Source: Paraspadella gotoi
Lineage: Eukaryota; Animalia; Chaetognatha
Assembly: GCA_051294375.1 (NCBI GenBank)
Contig: CM119271.1
Coordinates: 12,763,039-12,827,038 of the forward strand
Direction: 5' to 3'
DNA: 64,000 bases
The notes beneath the pieces are model-generated. The model was not told where the DNA came from. It was given only the letters and a program-made list of their open reading frames with translations, and made no database searches. Shown piece by piece: positions 37,077-52,207 of this stretch. Each line of letters starts with the position of its first letter. Within the stretch, counting starts at the first letter, position 1. The translations under genes were made by a program, and so were the position numbers.

Positions 37077-39818
37077 CTATGTCTGATGATTGAAGGGAGA
37101 TCTCTCCGACAGTTCCAGCTCTTCCTCCTTTCCGCAGAGGAACAAACTCCGAAGACGACATTCCCGCCCGGGCGAGCGACTTCGCACCAAGTTTCCCAGG
37201 GCGAGGCACGGGGCCGTCACCACCTTGAGAAAGCTGGCGCGAAATTTGGTGGAGACGAGAATGTAGAGTAAGAAGTCGGTGGAAGGGCGAAGCGCGTCCA
37301 GAAAGTAGGAAAACCAGCGGAAGTAATCGAGTTCGTCGGTGTCGAGCATCGCAAATTCTTTGGTACTCCTGGAAAATATTTTTTTTTTACCATTTCAAAC
37401 ATTTCAATGCTTATTCGGAGTATGATCATTGATCAAGGAGCGCCCAGAGATTGGAAATCCATTGTCACCTGAGTGCGAAGAGCCCTCTCCGCGTGACGGC
37501 TGGCAAGATGAAGATCAAGAAAATAGAAACGTAACAAGAGCAAAGGAAGCACAATCTTTGATTTTCGCCTGCACGAAAACGAAAACGAAAAGAAAATAGA
37601 AACATTGCAAAGTTTAATGTTCAATACGTTACGATTTCAAATCGCACAAATTTTCCAAGCCTCACTTGAGAATTTGAAGCAGCTGCAAAAGACGAGTCTG
37701 CAGCGGGAAAAGATGGAGTCATCGCAATCGGACGGATCCTTATAATTCGGCGGAGCGGATTCCGGATCATCTCGACCATCGGCGGATTTCTTTTCCGGTC
37801 TTCGCCGGGAAAATCCCTCGGCGCCGGTATCCGCGGCGCCTCCGCCGCTGCCGCGGTCGGCTTCCCAGTCGACCCGGCGTTTCGTCTCGGCGCGTTCCTC
37901 GTCGTTCGACGTCCCTTCGTCGCCTTGGACGGAGTTGTTGGCGAGACCCTTGGCGCTTTTCCTCTTGACAGAGGCGGTCCCGTCCGTCGTCCGTCTCTCC
38001 GAGACGCTCTGGCGAAACTGGCGACTTTTCTTCAACGCCCTGATGATTCCCGCGTTGAAGAAAAACATGACGGCGAAGGGAATGAAAAACTTGAGCAAAT
38101 TCTCCAAAACCACGCGGTAGGTCCAGATGTAAATCGGGTCCTGGGAGAGGAGAAATTATGTTTTGTTGTGGATTTGTTGATAACATTTGAACGGGGGTTA
38201 TGACCCGCTATAGCCTGTTCAAAGGGACAAGATAGCTTGTTTAATGTTCATGGAATGAATAAATAATATATATATATTGGTTGTCAGAAGGCTTCATGTT
38301 AGAAAATGCTTTTTCGTTTTTTCGAACCAAGAATCGGTTCCGATCGAAGATTGAGGAAATTTTGCATGAACTAACTATAGGGCAATAGAAATGGGACTGT
38401 CGAGGGGATTTTTGAAATTTGACCTATGACCCGAGATATGGGCCCTTAAGAGGTCAGATGGGAAAAAAATAGACAAATGTTTTTTCAAATTTTGTTAATT
38501 TTTTTATCCCGAACAGTTGAAGAAACGTTTATTTGTCCAGAAAAGTAAATCTATTATTATGAAAAACCAATTTTTGCCCTATTTCCAGGATCATGAACAG
38601 ATCTAAAATAATCTAAAATGATGGACTAACAATGTTCAAAATAAGAAAAATCAATTTAAATTGTTTAAAATTTGTTTAAAAATGTTTTTTCTACCAAGTT
38701 AAGACATTAATGCAAATGTTTCCACGAAAAATTTTTTATCTTTTTTCAAAAATAAATTTGTACAACCATTGCATTGGGATACTGTACGCCAAATCAAATT
38801 TGGTTGAGCGATTTGGTCTGAACCGATTCTCGGTTCGAAAAAGCGAAAGAGCATTTTCTAATAAGAAGCCTTCTGCATTCTTTGAAGTTTGGCCGTAATT
38901 ATAGCAATCGACTTGAACGGAGCGCACCTTCCTGAGCGAGCTTTTCCGCGGTTTGCGGCAAGCAACGGCGCCCTCGTGAACGTATTCGAAGAAAAGCGGT
39001 AAATTTATCGCTAAAAAAAATAATAAAAAAAAAACAAATTGTTTGGTAAGTTAAGAAATAGTTTTATCGAAATCCAACTTCGAACTGACCTATCGCCAAG
39101 AAAGAGAGAAAAGTGATAATCCTGAAAGTTCGCGCTCTCGTGCACAAATAATTAAATTGCAAGGGTTTCGTGATCGAGACGAATCTCTCCGCCGATAATC
39201 CGACCGAGTAAAAAATGGTCGCCGTGTAAAATATTTCCTGGAAATAAATATAAATAAATCTTTAAATCTTTCGTATTTAAGCTTAAGTTTTGTGACGTTT
39301 AGAATTCTCAATTAACCCGCAAACAAGTTTGCATAAAACAAAGTTTGACATAATCGCATAAAACGTGATATTCGATGTCTTTTTACTTAGTAACCCACCT
39401 TACAAGGATGAAACACGAAGTATCTCAAATGATCGTAACTAATCTCGCACAAATCTTCCTCCAACGATTCTTCGAGAAAACCGAAAGTGTCTAAACTGTA
39501 TTTCAAGAAATAAAATATGCAGTAAATAATGTTCGATATTGAGATCGTTATGAAGTAAATGTAAGTGGGCGATCGGCCCCGTTGGCAGAACCAGACGATC
39601 GCGTTTAAAATGTTTCCAATGAAGCCTGAAAAAAAAAACAGAGATACAACCGTTGGGTCAGAAAAATGAGTTTTTAAAATCGTATTGTTTTTTTAAAAAA
39701 GTTATCGAGCCTTACCCGCGATTATGATAACACAGCTAATGACATCTAGAGTGATTTCTAATTCTTGGTTCGGCGATTCCTTGAAATCGAGTTCCGTTTG
39801 AGTTAAATTTGATTCCAT
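37077..39818 (-). CDS. Class A (rhodopsin-like) GPCR, divergent peptide-receptor-like, multi-exon
   Basis: TM1 IIIAGFIGNILNAIVW, TM2 SPTYIYFITISISN, TM4 INLPLFFEY, TM5 LLKFFIPFAVMFFFNAGIIRALKKS and TM7 STDFLLYILVSTKFRASF. Confidence 0.8.
38285..38875. mobile_element. MITE with TIRs of about 60 bp in a GPCR intron
   Basis: CAGAAGGCTTC…TTAGAAAATGCT…CGAACC.AGAATCGGTTC at the left end, with its reverse complement ending GCCTTCTG at 38875. No clear TSD. Confidence 0.75.
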
Positions 39819-40971
39819 GCTGGTAATGCTCGTCTCATTGACGCGTATTAATAATTTGCACCATTTTGGTTTACGTTGTAAAACAATAATAATAATTTGT
39901 TAACAATTATTGCAACAAACCACGGAAGACGACGTTTGGAGCTGAAATAGATCAATTAATTTTTTTTTAATTTGATAATATGGAAACTCCGGAGTCAGCA
40001 CGCAAAGAAGGGTTTTGTCCTCTCATTAAAAAACTTAATTTTGTATTTGTGACATCCGATCATTAAGTTTTATGAATGTGAGATGCTCATAATTCATACC
40101 AACAATTTTATTTTTACCTTAAACAAGAGTAGGATGAAGGAGAGGGCAACTGATTGTCAGCGGCTAAAGTTTCTTTGGCTGATGAATGATTAAAAACTAA
40201 AGAAGCATACATTTTTTTCCCTTAAAAGAATAACATGAATACATTTGAATACAAAATTTACAAATACATTTGGGCAATATAAAAAGGGTGAATATATGTA
40301 TCGAATGAAAAGCAATTTATCGGTTATAGAACCGTTAAATATTTATTGGCACATAACTTGTGAACACGGTGTGATGTGACGTTCGATTGGGTGAAATTTG
40401 TCAGCAGCAGAGAAGGATGACGAAAATGAAAAGAATTGGGCGAGTGTCTAGAGTTGCAAAGAGGAAGTGTCATCAGTCATGAATCCCGCGGATCAATGAA
40501 AATTATACTTTTCAAATTAGTGACATTTCCCATTTTTCTTTTTTTTTATTCCGGGTTAATTTTTTTTGGTCGTATATTTTTAAACGTTTTTCTGAAAACA
40601 GATGAAAATTTTGTTGAATATTTCTTCGCTTCACGCGTCTCAGTTTAAAAAAACGAAGCAGCATTTAAAAAATTAACAAGTGGGTTTTTATTAAGAAAGA
40701 GTAATATAAAAACAATTTTAGTAATATCTTTTTGGCACCGAACATGAGTATCAAACTGTCACGCATAAAAAAATAAGAGCCGCCGGAATCGTGGAACGAA
40801 AAATTCCACTGGAATGGTTACAGAAAAAAATATTCATCTCATTTCTTATCACAAGTCAACCGTGTAAAGACTAAAAAATGATAACTGGGTTTAAAAAATA
40901 ATCTCATTGACAGTGTTTCACGCGCTAAAAATGTTTATCTGAAATTTTATCATCATTTCTTCGTGTTTTTT

Positions 40972-42853
<1,882 letters not shown>

Positions 42854-43139
42854 TTATCGCTTTTATTGAGTAAAAAATTTGGAGCAGAAAGTTTTGTTTA
42901 ATGAAAAACCGAGAATTGAGATAAATCTAAGAACTAAGAGAGAAAAGTAAATGAAAAAATCATTTGTTATCCCGACGACAAAAGTTGATCGAAGCAAGAA
43001 TGGAAAACATTAATAGATGTAGAATCGGAATGGCAATCGATGTCAAAATATCTTACGAAAATAACAGTTTTTTTTCGCCCGAAGGAAATCTAAGCACTTT
43101 AATTATTTATGTCATTGTTCGACATAGAATCAATAATAA

Positions 43140-43182
43140 TGAGAGAAAAGTGCCCTATTATTAATAGGGCACTTTTCTCTCA
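43140..43182. repeat. Perfect palindrome with 21-bp arms upstream of actin
   Basis: TGAGAGAAAAGTGCCCTATTA-T-TAATAGGGCACTTTTCTCTCA. Confidence 0.95.
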
Positions 43183-44771
43183 CGAAATATTTACTATTGC
43201 AGTCAAACATTTAAGACAAAACGTAGAGACTAATTAGAAAAGTAACGAAGCCAACGAATCAATGTCCTCTCAGACCGGCAGCAAAATTCCGGCTCTAACG
43301 CGCGCGTGGTACAGTACCGCCGATGGCGCCATGATGGACCGGAATTTGACCGTTGGCACTGAAGAAAAAGAATTATGGTCAAAACGAAATTAAAATTATT
43401 CAAAATAAGAAATACGGGAAAAACCTTGAAACAATTGCGACAAAGGACGTAAGCAACATTTAAATTTTTTTTGTCTGTTTTTTTTTTTTCAGTGACAAGG
43501 AGACGAAAAAGAAAAGATTTGATTTGTTAAGTTCATTTGTTTTTTTCTTTCGTTTTGATGAAATTCCGATAGGAGAATCTTGAGGCGGATTCGCGAGAGA
43601 CGAAAACATAAGAGAATCGAATAATATTATTAATAATATTACTATTATTATTAAATTATTTAACATTTACCCGTCCAAAAAAAAGCTACAAATGTTAAGC
43701 AGTCCATTTAACTAGGAGTTTCTGAAATTGAATGGCTTCATCTCGGAAAATTTTGAAATGAAGTCAACTAAAGTCTAAAGTATGTCATTGCAATTTTTTT
43801 GTAACCCATAAGACTTCGAACTATGAGAGTTAGACGTAAAAATTCTTGTGCAGCCTTCACAAGCAACGTCCCAGGGGGCAGAGAAGATACGGATAGCAGT
43901 CTTCAGCCCACAGTAATACCAATATCACTAATTAACTAATTATAGGTAATAGCATTTCAGTAGTACCGAGAATTCTCTCCCCTAAAAATCGAACGTAATT
44001 GCAAAGATTTGCCTCGCCAGCAAATTAAATTCTCCAATATGCAAATGAGATTGACTTTGATACTGATAAGTTATCTGTTTTTCTTAACAACTGCTTGATA
44101 AATTAGAGCACAGAGGCTGTCAGGGCTTTTAAAGAATTTGGGACTAAGCAGCTACGTGGTCTTGCCAATGAAAGGTGTCAAATCTTGTATGGAAATCGCA
44201 AAATTATTTGTTTTATTATTTTAAACTGAATTTTGAAAAAAAAAATATGCTATTTAACTAATTATTTGCCAAAAATGCTTGTCTATTCTCTCCCAAATTA
44301 TTTGAAACTGTCACACGTTAGACAACTGGTATTTTTCATTGGGAAATATAGCAAATAGGCGAGAAATTAATACATTCGAGTTGAAATTATAAATAACATC
44401 CAAGTTGTATAAATACGTATGAACTTTACAAATGAACCTTAAATAACTGAATACATAATACTTGAACCAAGACACCATCACAGCACCAACAAGTTTCATA
44501 AAGACAACGAAATGAAAACATAATTCATGCCCGTGCAATGTGCATGTGCCTGTGCATGGCCAATGGCCATGCGCCACTTAAAAAAAGAGAAAAAAAATTC
44601 AATAAAATTAGGGGTTTTTAGGGAAAAAATCTTGAAAATCAGAACAAAAGTGAAGTCAGACAGAGACGTCTTTGGCCGAGGCCTTCGCAAATCTCTAGTA
44701 ACGACTTGAGCGCTTGTCTCTCTCGCAGCTCTGATTTCGAATCCATCTACTAAAGACTAAACCTTCGGGCG

Positions 44772-45780
44772 TCAGACTTGTGGCGAGTGCTGTGAGTACG
44801 GCGGCGGAGGGTCGACGAGCCTCATTTCCAGGACGACCTCGGAGTATGAGGGCGGCGGCGTGTTGGGCAGCCGATCGAGGATAGAAGGATCCGGCGCGAC
44901 TAGGGGGATAGAATAGATTTTAAATATTAGATAGATCAAGAAAATACAATGATACTGAATTAAATGTTAAACAGGCGGATAATCAAGGAATTGTTCAAAA
45001 CTGACCCCAACCGCGAGGCCCGTCGTCGTTTCCAGCGTGAGCGTCGACTTCGTTTCGAGCATTGGCGTTTTCATCGTCATCGTCAACGTCGTCGGAATCT
45101 TCCTCGGCGCCAAAGGCTTCGGCACCGCCTTCGCTCCTCAATTTCTTGACGCTGCCGAAGCAACAGAGAATCCAGAGACAAACGAGCAAAATCCCGAACA
45201 AAGGGATCATCACGATTTTGTAAATTTCTTCGTTGTCTTCGCGAAAAATATCCAAGGATTTCGTGGGAGATTTTTTGTTTCTCGTCGTCTTCGTCGTCGT
45301 CGTCGTGCAGTTGGAACCGACGCAGTTTCCGCCGCAGACGAAACGTCGCTCGCAGACCTTCTCGTCCTCGCAGGATTCCAGCTGCGCCTCCAACTTATTA
45401 AAACGCCCTTTTAGATTCGAGACGGAGATACGAGGGTCTCGAGTCAATGTCTCGCAGTCGCAGTGTCCGTCGCAGACTCGAGAAATCTTCAGGTGGCGTC
45501 CGTCGCAGCAGACGAAGGCCGCACCGCCGCCCGAGTCGTCCTTCATCGCGCGGAGGCAGAGGTTGGCGGCGAGATCGCTGCCGTCGGGACACTCGGCCCG
45601 GGTGCCGCAGACGGAGCGCTCCGTGTGGAGGCAGTGCTTCCCGTCGAAGCAATGGAACTCGTCTTTGTAAAATCCAGGCAGTTTCGTCCACATGCTGCTA
45701 CATTTTCGGGGGCCCACAGACAGGGCCGTTTCCAGATTTTTGAGAATTAAATAAATGAATAATGGCGGAAAGGTATTCAT
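44772..45780 (-). CDS. Single-pass membrane protein with two LDL-receptor class A-like modules and PY motifs (LDLRAD-like)
   Basis: FHCFDGKHC…VCGTRAECPDGSD and FVCCDG…VCDGHCDC…CEDE, TM IVMIPLFGILLVCLWILCCF, and a last exon with TPPPSYSEV and PPPPYS. Confidence 0.75.
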
Positions 45781-46119
45781 GGGTTTATTTGGAAGATTGA
45801 TTGTTCTGGCATTTTTTTTTCTCTCTTTCTCTTCGGTCTTTGACTAAAGCGTCTGAAATGTTGTTTTGTTTGAGAATAAAGATTCGTCGTCGTCGTCATT
45901 CGCTCCGCAAAATAAAACCTTTTTTGCTGCGAATCGCAAATGGAAAAGAAAATAAAAGATCCTCGCGAATTCGGTCCGTCAACACTCAATAGCGTTGGAA
46001 AAAATTAAATTGAGGATTAAGTAGAAAGAGAATTTGGTTGTTATTATTATTAATCTTCATATTCTATTCAAGCAGAAGATTTTCGGCTTTAAAATTTTAT
46101 TTAATTTGCAGCTTTTTAA

Positions 46120-49100
46120 TCAATATTCCACGTCTGGCCGGTTTTTCAAACTATTAAGAACGATTCGCAAAGCTTCGATTTGCGTGGCGGGGTCATCGGG
46201 CAACGACGACGCGAAACGGGACGCCGTCGAAACTACGTCATCGCGCGACATACTAGATTCGGCCACAGCGGCGTCATCGACCGGCGTCGAATCGGAGGCG
46301 GCGAGGAGACGGTCGACTCGACGCTTGACCTCCGATAGGATCTTAGGTCGAAGGCTGGAGTCTTTGGGGACTTCGTCGATGAGTTGGCGAAGATCCTGGA
46401 CGGAATCGTCGAGCGACTTGAGGATCGATTCGATTTTAAGCGAAACTCGATCTTCTTTTGTCGTCGAAGTCGAGAATTTATCATTTACATCAGTTTCTAC
46501 AACGAATTCGAGTCTAATGAATCGCGCGAGTGTTGTGGGAAAAAATGAGAGGGAGAGAAAAGAAAACAAGAGAAAATAAAATAAAAGAAGCGATGGTAAG
46601 GAGAAGGAAAACACCACAAGAGAGAAAATAAAAAAATAACCTTGACATACATTGACATAAGTGATCAGGGACAAAAATATCACCGTAAAAAAAAGTCTTA
46701 CCTGAATGAAATCCCGTTGAAAACAAATTAGTACTTCATTAATTGTGTGAGTGAAACTACGTCTTCTTCAAGGTCACATGTTGATCGGGAGAAATTCAGG
46801 AAAAAAATGGCAAGAAAAAAGTAAGTTAGAAGAAAACGGGAAACACGAAATAATCAGTAAGTCTCCACAATCTAAGTTCAACCCAAAGTCCCACAAACGG
46901 CGTCCCAGACCTTGAGGAAGTTTCTCCTTTCGTTTCGGCGTCGCTCTTCGAAAAGCGGCGCGCGGGCGGCGACGGGAAAGACTTGAGTTCGACGATCCCC
47001 GGCGATTTCGTGGGCGAAGCGTCGCTGCCAGAGGTAAGCGCCAGGGGTTCTAAGATGTCACCGAAAGAGGGCGTTACGGGTGGCACCGATTCTCGGATCT
47101 TAGCCTCCTCGGAATTACTGGGTGCAACTGGCGAGTGAGATTTCTCTTCACCAGGCAAGGTCGAGCATCTTGAAACTTCGCAGCCTTTAGAAAATGCGAC
47201 CTCCTGGAAAGAGGCGTCGACCAGAGGAGAAAAGATGACACCCGACTTCGGTTGAACATCGGATGACGACAAAGAAACCAAAGACGGCGAGCGAGATGCT
47301 TCAGATGTTGAGACCGTTGATGTGGTAGACCCGGATATTAAGGATCTGGAAGCTGATGTTGTGACCTCGGATGAAGAGGATCCGCAAGCTGACACAATTG
47401 ATGTAGTAACGCCAGAGGATAACGCTCCAGATGTTGAAGCCCCCGATGTTGGAGCAAGCGACCGAGAAACGAGGTTCATTTTAAACGAGGAAACGTGCGT
47501 CGCCGGTTTTCGCGCCAACGAAGGAATGAAGGGCGTCGAAAAGGCGCCGCGTCTTTGCAGCTTCTCAAGCTGATCGTCGTTGTTGTTGTCGGCTTCGGCG
47601 GCGGAGTTGGTGGAAAGGACGGACGACCCGTTCTGATCGATGATTGGTGAAGAGAAGTTTCGACTCCGATCGATGATTGGTGGAGATGTTCGTCGACTGG
47701 AATCGACGTTCGACTCCTCGTCTTTCCCGCCATTAGAATCTAGATCGACGAAGATGGCGGGAACGTTTGGATCGGCGAGATTCTCCGGCGCCGTAAGAGA
47801 GGGCGGAATAGACGGAGGGAATGAGGCGGTAGCCGGAATCGATCGGGGTGGCGGGAGTTGCAAGGAAAGTGGTGCAAGATGAAGTTCGGGGAGTGGCAAA
47901 GGAACTAAGGATGGAAGGGATGGCGGACGAGACGGTTGTGAAGTGGAAACTGGAGTCAGAAGAAATGGGGCATTTGGCGAAGGAATTGGGGCGGGAGGTG
48001 GCGTTGAAAATGGGGCGATATGCGGCGTAGGAAGTGGTTCCGGATGTGGCGTAGATATTGGGGCTGGATGTGGCGTGGAAACTGGGACTGGATGTGGCCT
48101 AGAAACTGGGGCTGAATGTGGCGTGGAAACTGGGGCTGGACGTGGCGTAGAAACTGGGGCTGGACGTGGCGTGGAAACTGGGGTTGGATGTGGCGTGGAA
48201 ACTGGGGTTGGATGTGGAGTGGAAACCGGCATCAAAAGTGGCCGAGAAATCGGACTAGTTTCTGATTTTCTTGAAGAAGTCAAAGATTGTGTGGGCGACT
48301 TCGATTCAGTACCTAACGGACAATCAAAAAAAATTTATAAAAATTGACAACTAAATTCGAAATTATTCTTATTAAACCTATAAGTATAAGCGAAACAATA
48401 CATAAATAATCAAAGCTTCTAATAGTAATACAAAAATAAGCTGGGGCTAAAATGAACCATCAGAATCTAATTTCAATATCTCGTGTTGCATGTATTTAGA
48501 CAAACAATCAACTAAGGCTAAAAGCTTTGCGTATGACTTACTGAATTAAGTATATTTTCATATATGTATAATTGTATAATTGTATATATCCTCGCGCAAT
48601 GCGCGCATTTCAACTATCTGAAATCGAATCGATTACGAAAATGTTATCCACCGGGAATTCGATCAAACCCTCTCCCCTTATTTTCTCTACCTCCGTCGCC
48701 GCGCATCTCCGTTTTGCGTCGGAATCGCGCCGCGGCGTTCTTCCCCTTCGGTTCCGCCCAGGGCGTCTCTCCGGCGCCGATCAAACCGGAACTACCGACG
48801 GATTTCTGGGCCGAGATCGAGGGTGCCGAGGGCGGAATGCCGCCGGAAAGGTTTCCGCCGACTGAAAACGCGATAGTTTTAAAAGAAATTTGATAAAAAA
48901 ACGAGATGAGGGAGTGGCCAGTGGACCCCTTTAAATAAGTAAAACGATAAAAGACCCACCGGGAGTTTGAGGAAACTTTCTCTCGCGTCTCGGCGTGGCG
49001 AGGGCGGCGACCGTGGCAGAGGGCGTAGCGACCGTGGCGGAGTTCTCCCGGGCGGAGGATCGACGCCAACTGCCGAGAGACGATTCATCGGTTCGCCGAG

Positions 49101-49762
49101 ATCTTCGTCCGACGCGAGAGACGTCGCCTTCGGAACCGGAAAAGGAAGACAAGCGATCGCTGCCTCCGCGGGAACTGAGCCCCAAATTAAAAACCAAACC
49201 AAATTAAAATTAATCTTGCAAAATGTTAAGATTCATAATTCAATCGCACATTCGTATGATTTAATGCGAGTTAGAACTGACTTGGATCTGGTTCGAAACG
49301 GACCGTTTCGGTTGAACGACGAAGCGTTCGAGGAACGCCAAGAGTTTCTGCGCGGATTAAGATTTATCCGATGATAGGTTTTTTCCACTCAAATTTTTTT
49401 GTCACATTCTCTTCGTAAAACCCCGCTTTGTTCGTAAGCTTGCTTAGTGAGCTTAGTAAGCAAGCTTAGCAAGCCATACTTACTTATCATTTCCCGATGA
49501 TTCGTTGGAAAACTTCGACGGGGCAGAAACGTCTTCTTTCGAAAGGTGAAGATTTTGGGAGGAATTGCGACGTCTTTCCCGAAACGAGAAAAACATTTTT
49601 TTTTTTAGACATTTCGAAAATCTGATTGCGGATCTCGAACAAGCAATGTAAACTTTACCTCGACCAATGCTTGGCCGAAAAAGCGAGACGATCTCTTTCG
49701 CTCGACTGACCGACCGAATGACCCGGGGTCGGCGATGCGCTCGCTCGATCGGAATTGTACAT
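46120..49762 (-). CDS. Unknown Pro/Ser-rich protein with 8-aa repeats and a helical C-terminus; 5' end uncertain
   Basis: Long open exon (ORF 46826-48283) with (PVSTP[H/R]P[T/A])n, several upstream GC-rich exon-like segments, and a last exon KIESILKSLDDSVQDLRQLIDEV…IEALRIVLNSLKNRPDVEY*. Confidence 0.55.
48043..48228. repeat. Coding 24-bp tandem repeat (about 8 units)
   Basis: Repeated GGATGTGGCGTGGAAACTGGGGCT-like unit. Confidence 0.9.
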
Positions 49763-51437
49763 TGCTGAGATTCTAAAAAAGGATTAATTCATAAAACTTC
49801 TGAAGAAACGAGACGACGGGAATGACATTACATTAGTTATCCGAACGTCAGTTTGTCATACAAATTGAATTGTATCAACGGTTATACGTTTTACAGGAAC
49901 GCTTTAATATAACGAGGGTTGAAAAAAAAGGAGCAAATTTAGACGTTTGTATCGGCGTGATCTTTTTGCGTAATTACATTCGATCACTTAACGCCCCCCC
50001 CCAAAAAAAAATATAAAAAAACAAGAATTACGGCGAATTTCGCACCAAAAAAAAAAAAATTATAAAAATACAATACAAAAAAGCGGAAAAAAAGCAAAAA
50101 TCCGAGTCGAGTCCAGGAGAGGTAATAATTTCATAAACCCCCCCCAAAAAAAAGGGGGGGAGCGAGAGTCGGTGAAAAGTGAAGAACGTAACTGGGACGA
50201 GAGATGGCGAAAAAACGAGGCAAGCTCGCGTCGGGCTCGATCGAGAGAACGGGACATGCCTGTGAGAGGGGGGGGGGGAGGATCGAGGGATTTTGAAAAA
50301 TGGACTCGTCGTCGTTCGAGACGTTTTTGAGTTGTTTATAATTCAGAGAGCAACTAAGTCCGTTGCAGAAGGACGATAGGAGGTGCAAGAAGAAGAAAAA
50401 AAAAAGAGCAACTCAACTCTGGCGAATATCACTGTCGACGAGTCACGTGACTGCTTCCGGGGACGAGGAAGTTTGGAACGAAGGACGAGGCGATGAGAGA
50501 CGGAAAATGAGAAAAAGATCGACAATGAAAGAAAAAAAAAAACGATGGGAAGGATTATACTATATTATACTATTATACTATTATCCCCCTATATTTATAT
50601 TTATAGGGCTAAATAATGAGATTGCGGGGCAACGAGTTTGACTCGAATCATGAAAGACTTGAGGATGAGAAGGCGACCTCAGGAGAAAATGATGGAAGCT
50701 TTTAGATTAATGTCTTTTCTTCGACGTGATATCAACCAGTTTCGGATAGGTTATCTTATACAGCAAAGGCAGTATACAATTAAAATCATAGCGAACTTTT
50801 AGATTAATTTATTTTTTCAAATCACTGACTGTCTTTTACATATCTTCTTTTGTAGCATAAGCAAGAATAAAAAATAAATGATCAACGTTAAAATATATTA
50901 CACAAATATCTAATGATGTCAAATGACAGACACTTTTTACATACGCTAAACTATAAAACCTTTGGCTAATAATGACGTGGTGATAAAAGAAAATCGCGGA
51001 GAAAATTTTTTTAAAAAATTAAAAAAAAAAAAAGTTTCGAACCCCGCCACCCGAATCAACGCATCTAAGAATCCGTTTAAACTAAAAAAAATTAAAAAAA
51101 TTATAAAAAAATAAAATAATGAAGTCGCATGAATCCTGTTTCCGCTTATTCGGAGACGGCGACCCTTGACCCTTGACCATTCATCGGTTCTGTCGAAATT
51201 CTAAAAGAAAGAAAATGGGAAAAAAAAGACCCGAAACTAATATTGATTGCGGCGATTCTCTTATTTTATTTCGTCGAAGAAAGAAGAGGTTCAGCTTTAA
51301 CGAGGACTCTTTCAAACAAAATTTAAAAAAAAAAAAGGTAAAAAGAAAGTAACGATCTAAAATATAAACTAGGATAGGGGTATAAAAAACGAGAAAAAAA
51401 AAAACAAATCTATTTCTAGAAGATTCTAGATCTCGAG

Positions 51438-51996
51438 TCAAAAGACGGTGGTCCGTTTATCCCTGTTTCTTCCCCTTTGGATGGAACGAAGCTTGTAGTT
51501 TTCCGCGTGCGCTTGTTTCCTTTCCAATTTCGAACGGGCGAAGGCCTTGGCCTGAATAAACGAGACCCCCGAAGTCACGTGACAAACGTTTTAACAATTA
51601 AACATCATTCGACTCACTTCGGCCTCGAGCAACGGTGCCCCCAGGAAAAATATTTCTCTCAAAAGATCGTTTTTCTGCAGATGAACGTTCATTCCGGTTC
51701 CGAGGACGTGACAGATTTCTCCGTAAGTGATCTGAAAGACGGGATCGAGTTGATTCGCAAGGGCAGCGGCCTCCCCCCCAAAAAAAAAGCCTCACCTTCG
51801 CCTCCCAAGATTCGAGGATCAAAGCCTCGGATCCGAATCGAATCTGCATCCGAGGCGACTCGCCCAACTCGACGCCGCGGACGATTTCGCGGAAGCAGGA
51901 TCGAGTCTGGCGCCGCTCCTTCTTGGCGCGATACTTGGCGCTGTCCGTCGAGAGCGCCTGGGAGAGGGAGACGATTTCTTTTTACATTGATAGGGG

Positions 51997-52027
<31 letters not shown>

Positions 52028-52128
52028 GAAGGAGAGAAAAATAAAGAGAATAAGAAATAAAAGAGAGAGAGACTCACAGACGGAGAGACATTAAAGAGAG
52101 ACAGAGAGAGAAACACAGAGACAAACGA

Positions 52129-52207
<79 letters not shown>

